Of a DNA stretch of 64,000 nucleotides, positions 30,424 through 39,511 are shown piece by piece. The translations under genes were made by a program, and so were the position numbers. Source of the DNA: Gemmatimonadaceae bacterium (GTDB taxonomy: Bacteria; Gemmatimonadota; Gemmatimonadetes; Gemmatimonadales; Gemmatimonadaceae); contig JBJMOW010000005.1 in the NCBI GenBank assembly GCA_045803545.1, forward strand, positions 320,001 through 384,000. The letters run 5' to 3'. The notes beneath the pieces were generated by a model, which made no database searches, had not been told where the DNA came from, and saw only the letters and a program-made list of their open reading frames with translations. Position 1 is the stretch's first letter. Each line of letters begins with the position of its first letter.

Positions 30424-31389
30424 CTATTCCTCGAACATAGTTCTGAGTTCCGCGTCGCCCATTCCGCAGCCGAGCGCCAGAATGAGATCGATGCGCGCCT
30501 GCTGCGCGCGACGCGATCCGCCAAAGATTGCTCCCATTTCCTCGAGGCGGCGGCCGCCACCGGGATAGCCGTAGGTATGTCCCACTCTTCCGCCCTGCGT
30601 GCGCGAGGTGATCACGACCGGCTTCCGATCCGAGACCCAACGCTGAATGCCCGGCACCATCGCCGGCGGAACATTCCCGCGCCCCATCGCCGCCAGGACG
30701 ACTCCCTTCGCCGATTCCCGCGCCGCGTCGAGCAAGCGCGTATCCGATCCGGCAGCGACGAAAATGATGTCGACCGGCGTCGCAAGGCCATTAGGATTTA
30801 GGGTGGGGGGCGAAGGTGGCATCTCCCTTCGCAAAATCAACTCGCCCTCATCCAGGACACCCAACGGCCCCAGACCGGGGCTTTCGAACGCATCGAGCAG
30901 GTGGGTGTTGGTCTTGGTGGTGTCGAGCGCGGCGAAGATCTGGCCACCGATCACCACCATCACCCCAAATCCTTTCGTCTCCGGACTCGCCGCCACCTGC
31001 ACCGCCTCGAACAAATTTGCCGGTCCATCCCAACCAAGATCGTTCACCGTGCGCATCGCACCAGTAAACACGATCGGCTTGTCGGTCGTCGTCGATCGCG
31101 CTACGAGATATGCCGACTCCTCGAGAGTATCGGTGCCGTGGGTGATCACCACACCTTCCACCTCCGGCCGCGCCAGATGCTCGACGATGCGGTTGCGCAG
31201 CGCCCACATCCGCTCTACGGTCATGTGCGGCCCGGGAAATTGTCCCCACTCTTCAGTCTCGATGCCTGTTATCGCGCGAATACCCTTCGTCGCCTGCAGA
31301 ATCTCCGCCGGCGTCAGACTCGGCTGCGCTCCAGCCTGCGGATCGCTGCGCATCGCGATGGTGCCACCTGTGAAAAGAATGACGATCAT
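30424..31389 (-). CDS. L-asparaginase
   Basis: TGGTIAM and HGTDTLEE motifs. Confidence 0.93.
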   Translation of the reverse strand: MIVILFTGGTIAMRSDPQAGAQPSLTPAEILQATKGIRAITGIETEEWGQFPGPHMTVERMWALRNRIVEHLARPEVEGVVITHGTDTLEESAYLVARSTTTDKPIVFTGAMRTVNDLGWDGPANLFEAVQVAASPETKGFGVMVVIGGQIFAALDTTKTNTHLLDAFESPGLGPLGVLDEGELILRREMPPSPPTLNPNGLATPVDIIFVAAGSDTRLLDAARESAKGVVLAAMGRGNVPPAMVPGIQRWVSDRKPVVITSRTQGGRVGHTYGYPGGGRRLEEMGAIFGGSRRAQQARIDLILALGCGMGDAELRTMFEE

Positions 31390-31751
31390 CTCGTCGCGAT
31401 TCTCTTCATCGCTTTTTCCGGAAATTCGCTCAGAGATTTCGGATCCTGAGCGGCGAGTTGCATTGCGCGAGTCACCAGTGCATCGACGGCAAGAAGATCG
31501 AGCGCCGACTCCCGCGATTCACAAGCGCCGTCGAGCACCTTATCCAGCAGTTTCTCCGCCGCCCGCAACGTCTCGTTGACGTCGGTTAGCGTCGCGTCAA
31601 GATCACCGATGGCCTGACGCATTGCTTGCGCGAGAGCCTCGGGCGTCGCCATCGCCTGGTCGGCCATGACTTGAGCGAAAGGCTTCGTCCGGCCTCTCGC
31701 TTCCCGCTTCCCGCCTCCCGCTTCCCGCCTGCCCCTTCCCGCTTCCCTCAT
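31386..31751 (-). CDS. Hypothetical protein with repeat-derived N-terminus
   Basis: Overlaps both the alaS stop and the asparaginase start. RESALDLLAVDALVT helical core. Confidence 0.6.
   Translation of the reverse strand: MREAGRGRREAGGGKREARGRTKPFAQVMADQAMATPEALAQAMRQAIGDLDATLTDVNETLRAAEKLLDKVLDGACESRESALDLLAVDALVTRAMQLAAQDPKSLSEFPEKAMKRIATR
31692..31747 (-). repeat. GCGGGAA-type heptamer tract
   Basis: About 8 degenerate units directly after the alaS stop; translates to REAGRGRREAGGGKREARG. Confidence 0.9.
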
Positions 31752-34480
31752 CCCGCGAGGTGCTTCCTGATTCGCTCCGGAGCTTCCGCCACTACGCTCG
31801 CCATCCGCTCGGCGTCGGGAATTCCAGCCTGCGCCATGTGAGGTTTGCCACCGCCCTTGCCACCTGCCGCGGCCGCGAGCTCGCGCAGAATCGTGTCAGC
31901 CCGCACCCCACGATCGCGCAGGTCGTCGCTGACCACCGCGAGCATTGTGTTCTTGCCGTTCTCAAATGACGCCGCCAGAACCGCGATACCCGATTGGATT
32001 TGCTCGCGCACCGCGTCGCCCATCGCCTGCAACGCGGGCAGATCAGGCGCGCTCACATTCGCCGCGACGACGCGCACACCGTCAACCATCTGTCCCTGCT
32101 CGACGAGATTCCTGATTCCACCCCCGCCGCCGCGCATCGCTTCTTCAACGCGTTTCTCGAGGGTGCGCCGTTCCTCGACGAGAGTCTGCACGCGTTTGAC
32201 GACCTGACCGGCAGGCGCTTTGACGAGGGTCTCGATGTCGTGCAGCTCACGCTCCCTCTCGCGGAAAAGCGCCAGCGCCGCGCGACCGGTGACCGCCTCG
32301 ATGCGACGCACGCCCGCCGCAACGCCGGTCTCGCTCACGATCTTGAACAGCGCGATCTCGGCGGTATTCCGGACGTGAGTTCCGCCGCACAACTCCATGC
32401 TGACACCCGGAACGCTGACGACGCGCACGACCTTGCCGTATTTCTCGCTGAACAGCGACATCGCGCCCGCAGCACGTGCCTCTTCGAGCGACTTCTGCTC
32501 GAAGGTGAGATCGACACCGTCGAGGATCTCGCGGTTCACCAGGTTCTCGACTTCGGCGATCTGTTGCGGGCTCATTGGCCCGTGATGCGCGAAATCGAAA
32601 CGCAGACGGTCCGGCGCGACGAGCGATCCCTGCTGATGCACGTGCTCGCCGAGCACGGTGCGCAGCGCAGCATGCAGCAAGTGCGTCGCCGTGTGATTGC
32701 GTTCAGTGTCACGCCGCCGATCGCGCGGAACAGTCGCGCGTGCGGGCCCCAGCCGAACGGTTCCCGTGCGCTTCCCGAGCGCGGCGATGCGACCATCGAC
32801 ACGCCGAACTTCGTCGACTTCAACCCGCCATCCCTCACCCTGAATCTCGCCCTTGTCGGAAATCTGACCCCCAGACTCGACGTAAAACGGAGTCTCGCGC
32901 AGCATCACCGCAACACGCCCGTCTGGCAGGTCCTGCTTCGCGATGACACGTGTCTTCACATCGAGCGCTTCGTATCCGACGAATTCCGTGCTGTCGCTGT
33001 CTTCCAAGCCGCTTCCCGCTTCCCGCTTCCCGCTTCCCGCCTCCCGCTCCCACGTCCCTTCGCCAAGTACGTCCGCGGCAATGCCGACTTTCTTGGCGCG
33101 GCGATCTTCCTGCGACATCTCGCGCTGCGCCTGCAACGCCTGCTCGAAGCCAGCGATGTCGACCGAATAGCCGCGCTCGCGCGCCATCAGCTCGGTGAGG
33201 TCGATCGGGAAACCGAAGGTGTCGTAAAGCTTGAACGCGTCCTCGCCCGAGATTGTGCCGTGAATCGCTGTCGATCCCTGCGTTGTTTTCACGGGAGCGA
33301 GCTCATCGAACCGCTTCATGCCGCCTTCGATGGTGGAGAGGAAACGCTCCTCTTCGGCGCGAGTGGTGTCGACGATGTGTTTGGAACGCTGTTTCAATTC
33401 CGGATAGGCATCGCCCATCTCGTTGACGACGACCTTGACGACTTCGACGAGTGTCGGCTGCCGCCTGCCCAGCAACCATGCATGGCGGACCGCTCGGCGC
33501 AGAATCCGGCGCAGGACGTAGCCGCGACCTTCGTTGGATGGGAAGACTCCATCGGCAATGAGGAAAGCGACTGCGCGACTGTGGTCCGCGATGACGCGGA
33601 ACGATGCGCCCTCTTCGCCGCGATCGTATTTCTTGCGAACGGTTTTCTCGACCGTCGCGATGAGCGGCTGGAAGAGATCGTTATGGAAGTTGTTCGATTC
33701 TCCCTGCATGAAAGCGGCGATACGATCGAGCCCCGCACCCGTATCGACCGACGGCTTGGGTAGCGGCACCAGCTTCCCGTTCGACTGCTGATCGAACTGC
33801 ATGAAGACGAGATTCCAGAACTCGAGGAATCGTCCCGCCTCTGCTCCTTCGACGAACGCGTCGAGCGAAAATTCCTTGCGATCGACTTCGGTCCACTCGC
33901 CCCTCGCGCCCTTCGGGAACTTGTAGTCTTTCACAATGTGCGCGAGATCGACGAAGATTTCGCTGCACGGACCGCACGGACCCGTGTCCGCCATCTGCCA
34001 GAAGTTGTCGTGCGCGCCGAGTCCGTAGATGCGCGAGTCAGGAAGCCCCGCGATCTCGCGCCAGAGCGCGCGCGCCTCGTCATCCTCCTTGAAAACGGAA
34101 ACTCGAAGATATTGCGGCGGAAGCTTCAGCTCTTTGGTAACGAACTCCCACGCAAACGTGATCGCATCGCGCTTGAAGTAGTCGCCAAACGAGAAGTTGC
34201 CGAGCATCTCGAAGAACGTGTGGTGTCGCGCGGTATGGCCGACCTGCTCGAGATCGTTGTGCTTCCCGCCCGCCCTGACGCACTTCTGACACGTGGTCGC
34301 GCGCCGTCCGCCCGGGGGCAGCTGCTCGCCGAGGAATACGCGCTTGAACTGCACCATTCCCGCGTTGGTGAACAGCAGCGTCGGATCGTCACCGGGCACG
34401 AGCGAGCTACTCGCGTGGGCGACGTGCCCTTTGCGCTCGAAATACTCGATGAACTTTCGGCGGATCTCGGCGGCTTTCAT
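31748..34480 (-). CDS. alaS: Alanine--tRNA ligase
   Basis: DPTLLFTNAGMVQFK, HHTFFEMLGNFSFGDYFK, NHTATHLLH, ELCGGTH, GGKGGG. Confidence 0.98.
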   Translation of the reverse strand: MKAAEIRRKFIEYFERKGHVAHASSSLVPGDDPTLLFTNAGMVQFKRVFLGEQLPPGGRRATTCQKCVRAGGKHNDLEQVGHTARHHTFFEMLGNFSFGDYFKRDAITFAWEFVTKELKLPPQYLRVSVFKEDDEARALWREIAGLPDSRIYGLGAHDNFWQMADTGPCGPCSEIFVDLAHIVKDYKFPKGARGEWTEVDRKEFSLDAFVEGAEAGRFLEFWNLVFMQFDQQSNGKLVPLPKPSVDTGAGLDRIAAFMQGESNNFHNDLFQPLIATVEKTVRKKYDRGEEGASFRVIADHSRAVAFLIADGVFPSNEGRGYVLRRILRRAVRHAWLLGRRQPTLVEVVKVVVNEMGDAYPELKQRSKHIVDTTRAEEERFLSTIEGGMKRFDELAPVKTTQGSTAIHGTISGEDAFKLYDTFGFPIDLTELMARERGYSVDIAGFEQALQAQREMSQEDRRAKKVGIAADVLGEGTWEREAGSGKREAGSGLEDSDSTEFVGYEALDVKTRVIAKQDLPDGRVAVMLRETPFYVESGGQISDKGEIQGEGWRVEVDEVRRVDGRIAALGKRTGTVRLGPARATVPRDRRRDTERNHTATHLLHAALRTVLGEHVHQQGSLVAPDRLRFDFAHHGPMSPQQIAEVENLVNREILDGVDLTFEQKSLEEARAAGAMSLFSEKYGKVVRVVSVPGVSMELCGGTHVRNTAEIALFKIVSETGVAAGVRRIEAVTGRAALALFRERERELHDIETLVKAPAGQVVKRVQTLVEERRTLEKRVEEAMRGGGGGIRNLVEQGQMVDGVRVVAANVSAPDLPALQAMGDAVREQIQSGIAVLAASFENGKNTMLAVVSDDLRDRGVRADTILRELAAAAGGKGGGKPHMAQAGIPDAERMASVVAEAPERIRKHLAG
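33009..33051 (-). repeat. GCGGGAA heptamer tract inside alaS
   Basis: Translates in frame to WEREAGSGKREAGSG. Confidence 0.9.
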
Positions 34481-34548
34481 CCGCTGTAATATACGCGACG
34501 CTGGTGGCGCTTCGAATGCATCGCTTCACAGGATCGGCGCGGTGTCCT

Positions 34549-34891
34549 CTGCGCGCCGAATCTCGCCTTTTCGGTGGCTTGGGTTTCGTCTAGTCCTTGA
34601 GCGCGTCCGTGGCTCGCGTTAATCGCGATCCGATACCGCGCTCGAAGGTCGGCGCTACGAGGACACCCCGCCTCCTGTATAGCGTCGCAACCGCGGCGCG
34701 CAGCGCCGCGGTTAGTGACGAGGCGCCGCCGCGATCCGCCTCTTACGCGAGACCTTGGTGGGAAGGCGCAGCGGAGGCTCGGAGGCGCGGACCTTCGAGC
34801 GATGTATCGGATCGCGATTCGCACGAGCCACTGAGACGCTCAAGGACTAGACGCAACCCGAGCCACCGAAAAGGCGAGATTCGGCGCGCAG
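34549..34891. repeat. Long inverted repeat (102-bp arms) in the recX-alaS spacer
   Basis: 34549..34650 vs the reverse complement of 34790..34891 matches at 92/102 with no gaps (hand count). An inner hairpin lies at 34689..34713. Confidence 0.92.
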
Positions 34892-34923
34892 CAGCCCCCG
34901 CTGCGCCTGACCCGCACCAATCT

Positions 34924-35385
34924 CTACGTAAGACTGCCGATCACGCGTCTGATTTCGTCGAGATCATACCCGCGGCGCGCGAGAAACGCGAACAGCCGGC
35001 GACGCAAGACAAGAGGCTCGAGATCTCCGAGCTGCGCGAGCCTTTTCCGAGCGACCCCCTCGACGACCGCCGCAGTGTCGATCTCTTCGTCAGCAACGAC
35101 TTTGTCGATGGCAGTCGCGGCGATCTCGCCCTTGATCCCCTTGCGATATAAATCCTGGGTGAGCCGGCGCTTGGACGCGCCCGTCGCGAGCATTTTCGAC
35201 CGCGCGTACTGCTCGGCGAATTTGGCGTCGTCGAGGAGCCCGTTAGCAACAAGGCGGCGGATCGCATCGTCTGCGTCCGCCGCCAGGTATTCCTTCTGAA
35301 TCAGTTTCCTGTACAGCGCGCGCGTCGAATACGGGCGCGCTCCCAGGAGGTTCAGCGCGTAGTTGTACGCACTGACGCGGTTCAA
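34924..35385 (-). CDS. recX: Regulatory protein RecX
   Basis: [32 protein letters not shown]; directly downstream of recA. Confidence 0.92.
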   Translation of the reverse strand: MNRVSAYNYALNLLGARPYSTRALYRKLIQKEYLAADADDAIRRLVANGLLDDAKFAEQYARSKMLATGASKRRLTQDLYRKGIKGEIAATAIDKVVADEEIDTAAVVEGVARKRLAQLGDLEPLVLRRRLFAFLARRGYDLDEIRRVIGSLT

Positions 35386-36428
35386 TCCGCCAGCTCGACC
35401 TCGGTCTCGGCACCGACCGGAGGACGAATGCCGAGTACGGTCTTCACCTTCTCCTCGACCTCGGCGAGCAGAGCCGGATTGTCCTTGAGATACATCTTCG
35501 CATTCTCACGACCCTGGCCGATTCGCTGCGCACCGTAGCTGTACCAGGCACCCGACTTGTCGATGATGCCGGACTCGGCAGCGATATCGAGCACGAGCGA
35601 GGCGTGGCTGATGCCCTCGGCGTACATGATGTCGAACTCGGCCTGCTTGAACGGCGGCGCGACCTTGTTCTTCACGACCTTGACTCGCACGTGCGAGCCG
35701 ATCACGTCTTCTTTTTCTTTGACCGGAGCAATGCGACGGATGTCGAGACGGACCGATGCGTAGAACTTGAGCGCCTTGCCACCGGTCGTCGTCTCGGGAT
35801 TTCCGAACATGACGCCGATCTTCTCGCGCAGCTGGTTGATGAAAATGACTGAGGTCTTGGAGCGAGCGATCGCACCGGTCAGCTTGCGCAGCGCCTGGCT
35901 CATAAGACGAGCCTGGAGTCCCATGTGGGACTCGCCCATGTCGCCTTCGATTTCCGCCTTCGGAACCAGCGCGGCAACCGAGTCGATCACGATCACGTCG
36001 ACAGCACCTGAGCGAACGAGAATCTCGCAGATCTCGAGCGCCTGCTCACCGGTGTCGGGCTGAGACACGAGGAGGCTCTCGACGTCGACGCCCAGCTTGG
36101 CAGCGTAGTCGGTGTCGAGCGCGTGCTCGGCGTCGATGTAGGCGGCCACTCCGCCCGCGCGCTGGGCGTTGGCAACGACGTGGAGACAGAGCGTCGTCTT
36201 GCCGCTCGACTCCGGACCGTAGATCTCAGTGACACGGCCGCGGGGAATCCCGCCGACGCCGATCGCAGCGTCGAGGTTGATGGCGCCCGTAGGAATCGCC
36301 TCAACGCGAACCCGCGCATCAGCCGATCCCATCTTCATGATGGCGCCCTTGCCGCAATTCTTTTCGATCTGCGCAATCGCCAGGTTCAACGCCTTTTTCT
36401 TGTCTTCGTTAACCGTGGATACAGCCAT
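35382..36428 (-). CDS. recA: Recombinase RecA
   Basis: [42 protein letters not shown]. Confidence 0.99.
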   Translation of the reverse strand: MAVSTVNEDKKKALNLAIAQIEKNCGKGAIMKMGSADARVRVEAIPTGAINLDAAIGVGGIPRGRVTEIYGPESSGKTTLCLHVVANAQRAGGVAAYIDAEHALDTDYAAKLGVDVESLLVSQPDTGEQALEICEILVRSGAVDVIVIDSVAALVPKAEIEGDMGESHMGLQARLMSQALRKLTGAIARSKTSVIFINQLREKIGVMFGNPETTTGGKALKFYASVRLDIRRIAPVKEKEDVIGSHVRVKVVKNKVAPPFKQAEFDIMYAEGISHASLVLDIAAESGIIDKSGAWYSYGAQRIGQGRENAKMYLKDNPALLAEVEEKVKTVLGIRPPVGAETEVELAD

Positions 36429-36483
36429 TATTCACCCTTTAGTTTGACGTTTGGACTTGGCTTTCCCGGCCAGCAAGGTACCC

Positions 36484-36516
36484 GAACAAAATACGAAAAT
36501 ACTGCCTTGGCAGCAA
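36484..36516 (-). promoter_or_regulatory. Putative sigma70 promoter of recA with an overlapping candidate SOS box
   Basis: Minus strand TTGCTG-N17-TATTTT. GAAC-N7-GAAA (36484..36498) overlaps the -10 element. Confidence 0.5.
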
Positions 36517-36555
36517 GGATTTGGCTGAAATTTCTTCAGGTAAAATCAATCGAGC

Positions 36556-36948
36556 TCATCGCTGATTTCCGTGCAGAAGGAAGGCGTTCTCGACGTGTTG
36601 GACCCGCACCGCCTCTGCCCCAAGAATGACCCCGATCACGTCGAATCGGAAGGTATCGCCCGGGCGCTCAAATCGAGAGATCCAAATCTTTGCCGAACGG
36701 CTCAGCTCACGCTGCTTTCGCCAATTCACGGCGCCGATCGGACCTCCAAAGGTATCGCTCGCCCGCGTCTTCACTTCGACGAAGGCGACGGTCCGATTGG
36801 AGTCGTGCTCAGGGCGCGATGCGACGAGATCGATATCGCGATGGCCGTTCCGGAAGCGATGTTCGACGATGTTCCAGCCGTGCACCCTTAGCCATCTCGC
36901 GGCAACGCGCTCGCCTTTCATTCCCATCGTTTGTCGCGCTTTTGTCAT
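36556..36948 (-). CDS. yraN: YraN family (UPF0102) nuclease-fold protein
   Basis: GERVAARWL, DIDLVA, FVEVKTR, RFDVIGV. Confidence 0.9.
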   Translation of the reverse strand: MTKARQTMGMKGERVAARWLRVHGWNIVEHRFRNGHRDIDLVASRPEHDSNRTVAFVEVKTRASDTFGGPIGAVNWRKQRELSRSAKIWISRFERPGDTFRFDVIGVILGAEAVRVQHVENAFLLHGNQR

Positions 36949-37144
36949 GAATCGCAAAGTAGAGCGTTCCATTTATCCACCAAACATCCATTCGCGTCGA
37001 ACAACATCACGAACCGGCGCGTAGTTCTAGTGAGGGATATCCCTTGTTTTTTTCATTCGAGAAAAACGGGAACTGATGTGGGGTACCGCCCCGACATCGA
37101 AGCCTTTATTATCGCGGACTCATCTACTCACTTCGGTGATAAAA

Positions 37145-37762
37145 ATGAACAAGGAAGACGCGCCGGAAATCATCAGGGTAGTGATGGTGGAAGCGAGCGA
37201 GGATGACGCAGCGAAGATCCTCGATGTGCTGCGCGAAGCGGGAATGAAGATCGAATTCGAGCGGGTTCAGTCGGAAAACGAGCTCGCCAGCGCGCTAAAG
37301 GAATTCAAGCCCGACGTGGTGCTGTCAGAGTACTCGCTTCCAACCATCGAGTACCGCGACACCATCAAAGTCGTGCAAGCACTGCGGCCGCGCACGCCGG
37401 TGATCCTTGTCGGGGGAAAGCTGCGCAATGAGGACGCGGGGTCCTGTGTGCGAGCGGGTGCTGACAGCTTCGTCTCGAAGCTCAACCTGTTCGTCCTGCC
37501 TCTCGCAGTGCGCTCCGCCATTGAAGCACGCGCACCCCTGTTCAAGCTGACAACGCGACAGATGGAAGTGATGCGGCTGGTCGCCAGCGGTTATCGCACG
37601 CGTGAAGTCGCCAAGGCGCTCAAGCTGAGCGAAAAGACCGTCGAGACCCACCGGCATCAGTTGATGCGCAAGCTCGGTCTCGAGAGCACAGCCGGATTGG
37701 TTCGCTACGCGATGCGCTGCGGCTTCGCCATCGTCACGCCGCTGGTCGCGCTGCCGCAATAA
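37145..37762 (+). CDS. NarL/LuxR-type response regulator with an atypical receiver domain
   Basis: REC-like N-terminus (PDVVLSEYSLP) and LuxR HTH LTTRQMEV...LSEKTVETHRHQLMRKL. Confidence 0.88.
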   Translation: MNKEDAPEIIRVVMVEASEDDAAKILDVLREAGMKIEFERVQSENELASALKEFKPDVVLSEYSLPTIEYRDTIKVVQALRPRTPVILVGGKLRNEDAGSCVRAGADSFVSKLNLFVLPLAVRSAIEARAPLFKLTTRQMEVMRLVASGYRTREVAKALKLSEKTVETHRHQLMRKLGLESTAGLVRYAMRCGFAIVTPLVALPQ

Positions 37763-37797
37763 CGCGCCGTCGCTCGCACGAAGCGGCGCGCGGGAAG

Positions 37798-39282
37798 TCA
37801 GGTTGGCGGCGCTGAGTACGGCTGGGTGATGCGCGTCTGGGTTGTGAACTGAGTCGTATCGAAACGCGCCATCTCGCTGGTCCACACGGGCAACGCAAAG
37901 CTGAAGACGCTGCCCTTCCCCTCTTCGCTGTCGACGGTGATCGAGCCGCCGTGCGCTTCGACGATTCCCCGCGCGATCGCCAGACCGAGTCCGACGCCGC
38001 GCCCATCGCCACGCTTGGCCTGCCAGAACTTTCCGAACAGTCGCGGAATCTGCGCCGATGGAATTCCCGGCCCATTATCAGCGACCGAGCACATGATTTT
38101 CCCATCGTCGCGCGCCGCCGACAACGTGATCGCACCGCCAGACGGCGTGAACTTCACCGCGTTGCCAACCAGATTCGAGAATACCTGCAGCACTCGCGAT
38201 GAATCTGCGCGGACCGCCGGTAGATCCGCGGCTGCGCTCACCGTGAGGGTGATCGACTTCTCACGCGCAATTGGCTCCAGCAGCTCACACGCCTCATGCA
38301 ACAGCTCGTTGACCGAGACGCGCTTGGGCGCAATCGACAGGCGTCCTGCCTCGATCGTCGTCACGCTGAGCAGATCCTGAATCAGTCGATTCATGCGCTC
38401 ACCTGATCGTTTGACAATCCTGAGCTGACTCGCGCGCGCGGCCTCCTGTTTGGTGTCCTCCAGCATCAGGTCCGTCGCCATCGAGATGGTGTTCAGCGGA
38501 TTGCGCAGATCGTGCGCGACGATGCGCAGTATTTCCTCGCGGGCGTCGATGATGCGCTCCGACTCGCCCAACATTTTGTCGAGCGTGACGCGATGCACTT
38601 CGTTGGTCACCACTCGGCGGATCATCTCCGTCACATAAAACGCCAGAACTCCTGCGAACGCGACGGCGACGAGAGACCCACCCGCTGCCGCCAACGGTAA
38701 CCAACCGAACGCCGCAGACAGGAGCAATGCGAACGCGCCGAGTCCGGTGCTGATCTCCACCGCCCGGCGCGTCAGCCTGAAGGCGCCGGTGAAAGCGAGC
38801 ACGATGCAAAGTGCCGCAAACGTCGCCGAGAGTCCTGGCGGGCGGGTAAACGGGTCGGTGCCGAACTGGCTCACGGCGAAACCGATGAGAAGGAGCGACG
38901 CATCGGCGATCGGAAACGCGCGCCTGACCCACGGCCGATACCAGTCGCGACGCAACAGCATCAGGATCGCCGCCGAAAAAGTCATCCATCCGAGGGCCGC
39001 ACCGAGAGACCCAGTGGTAGGCGGAGCAATGCTGGTGATATCGGAGAGCAACAATCGCCCGAACACGAACAGGGAGAACACCCCTGCCGCACCGACTCTG
39101 AGATACGCGAGTCTTAGCTCGGCGCGGCGTGCTTCGTCGAGAAGCGATTTCTCGATCGCGCGCGCGAGCTGCGTCTCGTCCTGCTTGGCGCGCAGTTGCA
39201 TGCGCACCGATTCGGCGATCTCGGCGGCGAGTGCAGCCCGCGAGTCGTTCAGATTGACGGGCCTGTCATTTCGGAACTTCAT
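37798..39282 (-). CDS. Membrane sensor histidine kinase
   Basis: Several TM helices, H-box VAHDLRNPL, N-box NLVGNAVKFT, DNGPGI, GVGLGLAI. Confidence 0.92.
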   Translation of the reverse strand: MKFRNDRPVNLNDSRAALAAEIAESVRMQLRAKQDETQLARAIEKSLLDEARRAELRLAYLRVGAAGVFSLFVFGRLLLSDITSIAPPTTGSLGAALGWMTFSAAILMLLRRDWYRPWVRRAFPIADASLLLIGFAVSQFGTDPFTRPPGLSATFAALCIVLAFTGAFRLTRRAVEISTGLGAFALLLSAAFGWLPLAAAGGSLVAVAFAGVLAFYVTEMIRRVVTNEVHRVTLDKMLGESERIIDAREEILRIVAHDLRNPLNTISMATDLMLEDTKQEAARASQLRIVKRSGERMNRLIQDLLSVTTIEAGRLSIAPKRVSVNELLHEACELLEPIAREKSITLTVSAAADLPAVRADSSRVLQVFSNLVGNAVKFTPSGGAITLSAARDDGKIMCSVADNGPGIPSAQIPRLFGKFWQAKRGDGRGVGLGLAIARGIVEAHGGSITVDSEEGKGSVFSFALPVWTSEMARFDTTQFTTQTRITQPYSAPPT

Positions 39283-39511
39283 GTCAGCGATATACGGATA
39301 GAGCTTGTTAGCGGCTACTATATGAGCCTTTCGCCCTGGCCGCCAGCCAAAGCAGATGGACACTAGTCCCAAACGGCACCGCGTTTCGAGGGTCAGAAAA
39401 GCGAAACCGTGAGGCGCGGAGTGCGCCTCAGAATTCTCTGGCGAGGCTTAACCGGGACTACTATAGTGTACCTCCGCCCAAACATCTGGGGCACCATAGA
39501 GGTAGGGCAGG

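Noticed and set aside
30420..30560. Extended cca start at 30560
   Set aside because: Overlaps the asparaginase gene by more than 130 nt; ATG 30419 fits the operon spacing better.
31994..33763. 589-aa plus-strand ORF (and similar long ORFs opposite ugd, ftsK, pilT, hutI and the asparaginase)
   Set aside because: Antisense to well-conserved genes; expected in high-GC DNA and without recognisable motifs.
34481..34923. T-box riboswitch or protein-coding ORFs (115 aa, 184 aa) upstream of alaS
   Set aside because: No T-box consensus or terminator/antiterminator recognised. The ORFs are low-complexity by-products of the inverted repeat.
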